Shown here: in pieces, positions 62,641-64,000 of the stretch
Position numbering within the stretch: the first letter of the stretch is position 1
Layout: every line of letters starts with the position of its first letter
NCBI RefSeq assembly: GCF_038025025.1
Contig: NW_027117350.1
Location: 496,001 to 560,000, forward strand
Reading direction: 5' to 3'
DNA length: 64,000 nt
DNA from: Phyllosticta citribraziliensis
Lineage: Eukaryota
The notes under the pieces: generated by a model
Told to the model about the DNA's origin: nothing
Seen by the model: the letters and a program-made list of their open reading frames with translations, nothing else
Databases searched by the model: none
Made by a program: the position numbers and the translations under genes

Positions 62641-63620
62641 ATGTCTGCCGCCGACGCAAAGATCATCAAGGAGGAGCCTCTTGTACGTGCACCACCACCA
62701 CGCCGACCCACGGACCGAGGAAAGAGAATCATGACCACCAGACCACAACGCTGATTCGGCACAGGATCCCCGGGAAGCGCGCTGGACGCGCCTCGTCAAG
62801 TAAGCTCCTTCTCACCGCCTGCTCTGCCTCTCTCCAGTACTTTGCTACCTCACACATTGCCGGCTGGAAAACGAGACAGCGCCCACCGCCATTCCGCCTC
62901 TCTCCCCGAATACTGCTCGAAACACGCCCTCGTCCACTCCACCTCGCCTCCACTCCATCCGCTCACCTCGCCCCGCCTCGCCGCTAACCGCATCCTCTCT
63001 GCCCCAGAACAACCTACACCGACCCTCTGAACCAAACCCGCGATTGGGAGTCCGCACAGCGTACAACACGTCCAGAGGGCGCCGCCATCGACGGCGTCGG
63101 CATCCTCGCCTTCCTCGTAGACCCCAAGTCGCCAACGGCGCCGCCGCGACTGCTCATGCAAAAGCAGTTCCGCCCGCCCGTCGCCAAGGTCTGCATCGAG
63201 GTGCCGGCCGGCCTCATCGACGCGGGCGAGAGCGCCGAGACGTGCGCCCTGCGCGAGCTGCGCGAAGAGACGGGCTACATAGGCCGCGCCATTGCGTCGC
63301 CCGGCTCGTCTGCCCACGCCACCGTCTCGCCCATCATGTACAACGATCCGGGCTTCTGCAACTGCAATCTGCAAATGGTGCACGTCGAGATTGACGTCAC
63401 GGCCCCCGAGAATGCCGATGGCGTCAGGCAAACGCAGCTCGAGGAGAATGAATTCATCGAGTGCTTTAGCGTCGAGTTGGGCAACCTATACGCCGAGTGT
63501 GTGCGCTTGGAGAAGGAGGGCTATGCCATTGATGCCAGGGTGGGTACGCTGGCTGAGGGCATCGAGGCTGCCAAGAAATGGGCTGGTGTCCTCAACACGA
63601 GCGAGCCCTTTTCGGCTTAG
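62641..63620 (+). CDS. YSA1: NUDIX hydrolase, ADP-ribose pyrophosphatase (Ysa1/NUDT5-like), 3 exons
   Basis: MSAADAKIIKEEPL|DPREARWTRLV|..TYTDP..RDWESAQRTTRP, QKQFRPP, Nudix box IEVPAGLIDAGESAETCALRELREETGY, QLEENEFIE, IDARV. Confidence 0.9.
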
Positions 63621-64000
63621 AGGTAGGTGAGAAGAGATGGAGACGACGGGAGCTTGGTGCTTGTTTGACGTCTGTCAAGAGGATAGGTTTGGCAGCTAAC
63701 CACTCTCGCGCCATCCCATATTGCTTTCACGATTGTGACAGGATGAGACAGAACTCGTCCTGTTCGGGCACACGTCCATAGACACACATGGACCATTAGA
63801 TCCAAGACCTAGACTTTCAATTCATATCATCAAGAACCCATTCAGTTTCCTGCCAATGGTAGTGCTCCCCCTGTTCGCCCGTCCCATCCTCAACGCCAAA
63901 AGAAAGCCCCGCAAAAGCGAAAGGTTTACATCCGCCTGGTGAGATGTAGCCGTGTCCCAACCGTCCCCCCATCTTTTTTTAATTTAATGTCATCACTCAG

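Noticed and set aside
62799..63007. Possible nested (stwintron) structure in NUDIX intron 2 via an internal CTCCAG
   Set aside because: Removing the internal segment does not recreate a GT donor; a single ordinary intron restores the frame.
156..63431. Many long antisense or alternate-frame ORFs overlapping real genes (e.g. 156-842, 25475-26212, 47768-48535, 62850-63431)
   Set aside because: Shadow ORFs produced by high GC3 codon bias in the true coding frame.
1..64000. tRNA, rRNA, snRNA, TPP riboswitch, CRISPR array, intact transposon
   Set aside because: No matching motifs, transposase/RT ORFs, terminal repeats or spaced repeats found by eye; a tRNAscan-SE/Infernal run would be needed to exclude small RNAs.

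Overview
Eukaryotic genomic DNA from a filamentous ascomycete, most consistent with a Dothideomycete (inferred from gene content, short GT-AG introns with CTRAC branch sites, high GC and many simple repeats). About 21 recognisable genes plus two small ORFs. The left ~47 kb is mostly housekeeping and signalling genes, often in head-to-head pairs: RRB1, Spg1/Tem1 GTPase, an ADF-H/PH-like protein, OHCU decarboxylase, a CCCH-zinc-finger/NYN-like protein, TRAP-alpha, an MFS transporter, VAC8, a Ser/Thr kinase, phosducin-like protein next to G-protein beta, ADAL, a DUF4211-like protein, APC13 and RPS29. The right ~17 kb has secretory-pathway enzymes (GT31, a BBE-like flavo-oxidase ending in HDEL, GH28 endopolygalacturonase, S10 carboxypeptidase) and a NUDIX hydrolase. 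Most notable: (1) a coding-like 59-aa membrane sORF only 117 nt upstream of APC13, suggesting a dicistronic mRNA; (2) G-beta linked to its chaperone PhLP1; (3) a CCCH protein with NYN/PIN-like nuclease motifs; (4) a spliced 82-aa single-TM microprotein. No tRNA, rRNA, CRISPR array or intact transposon was recognised. All gene models were spliced by eye and are unverified.
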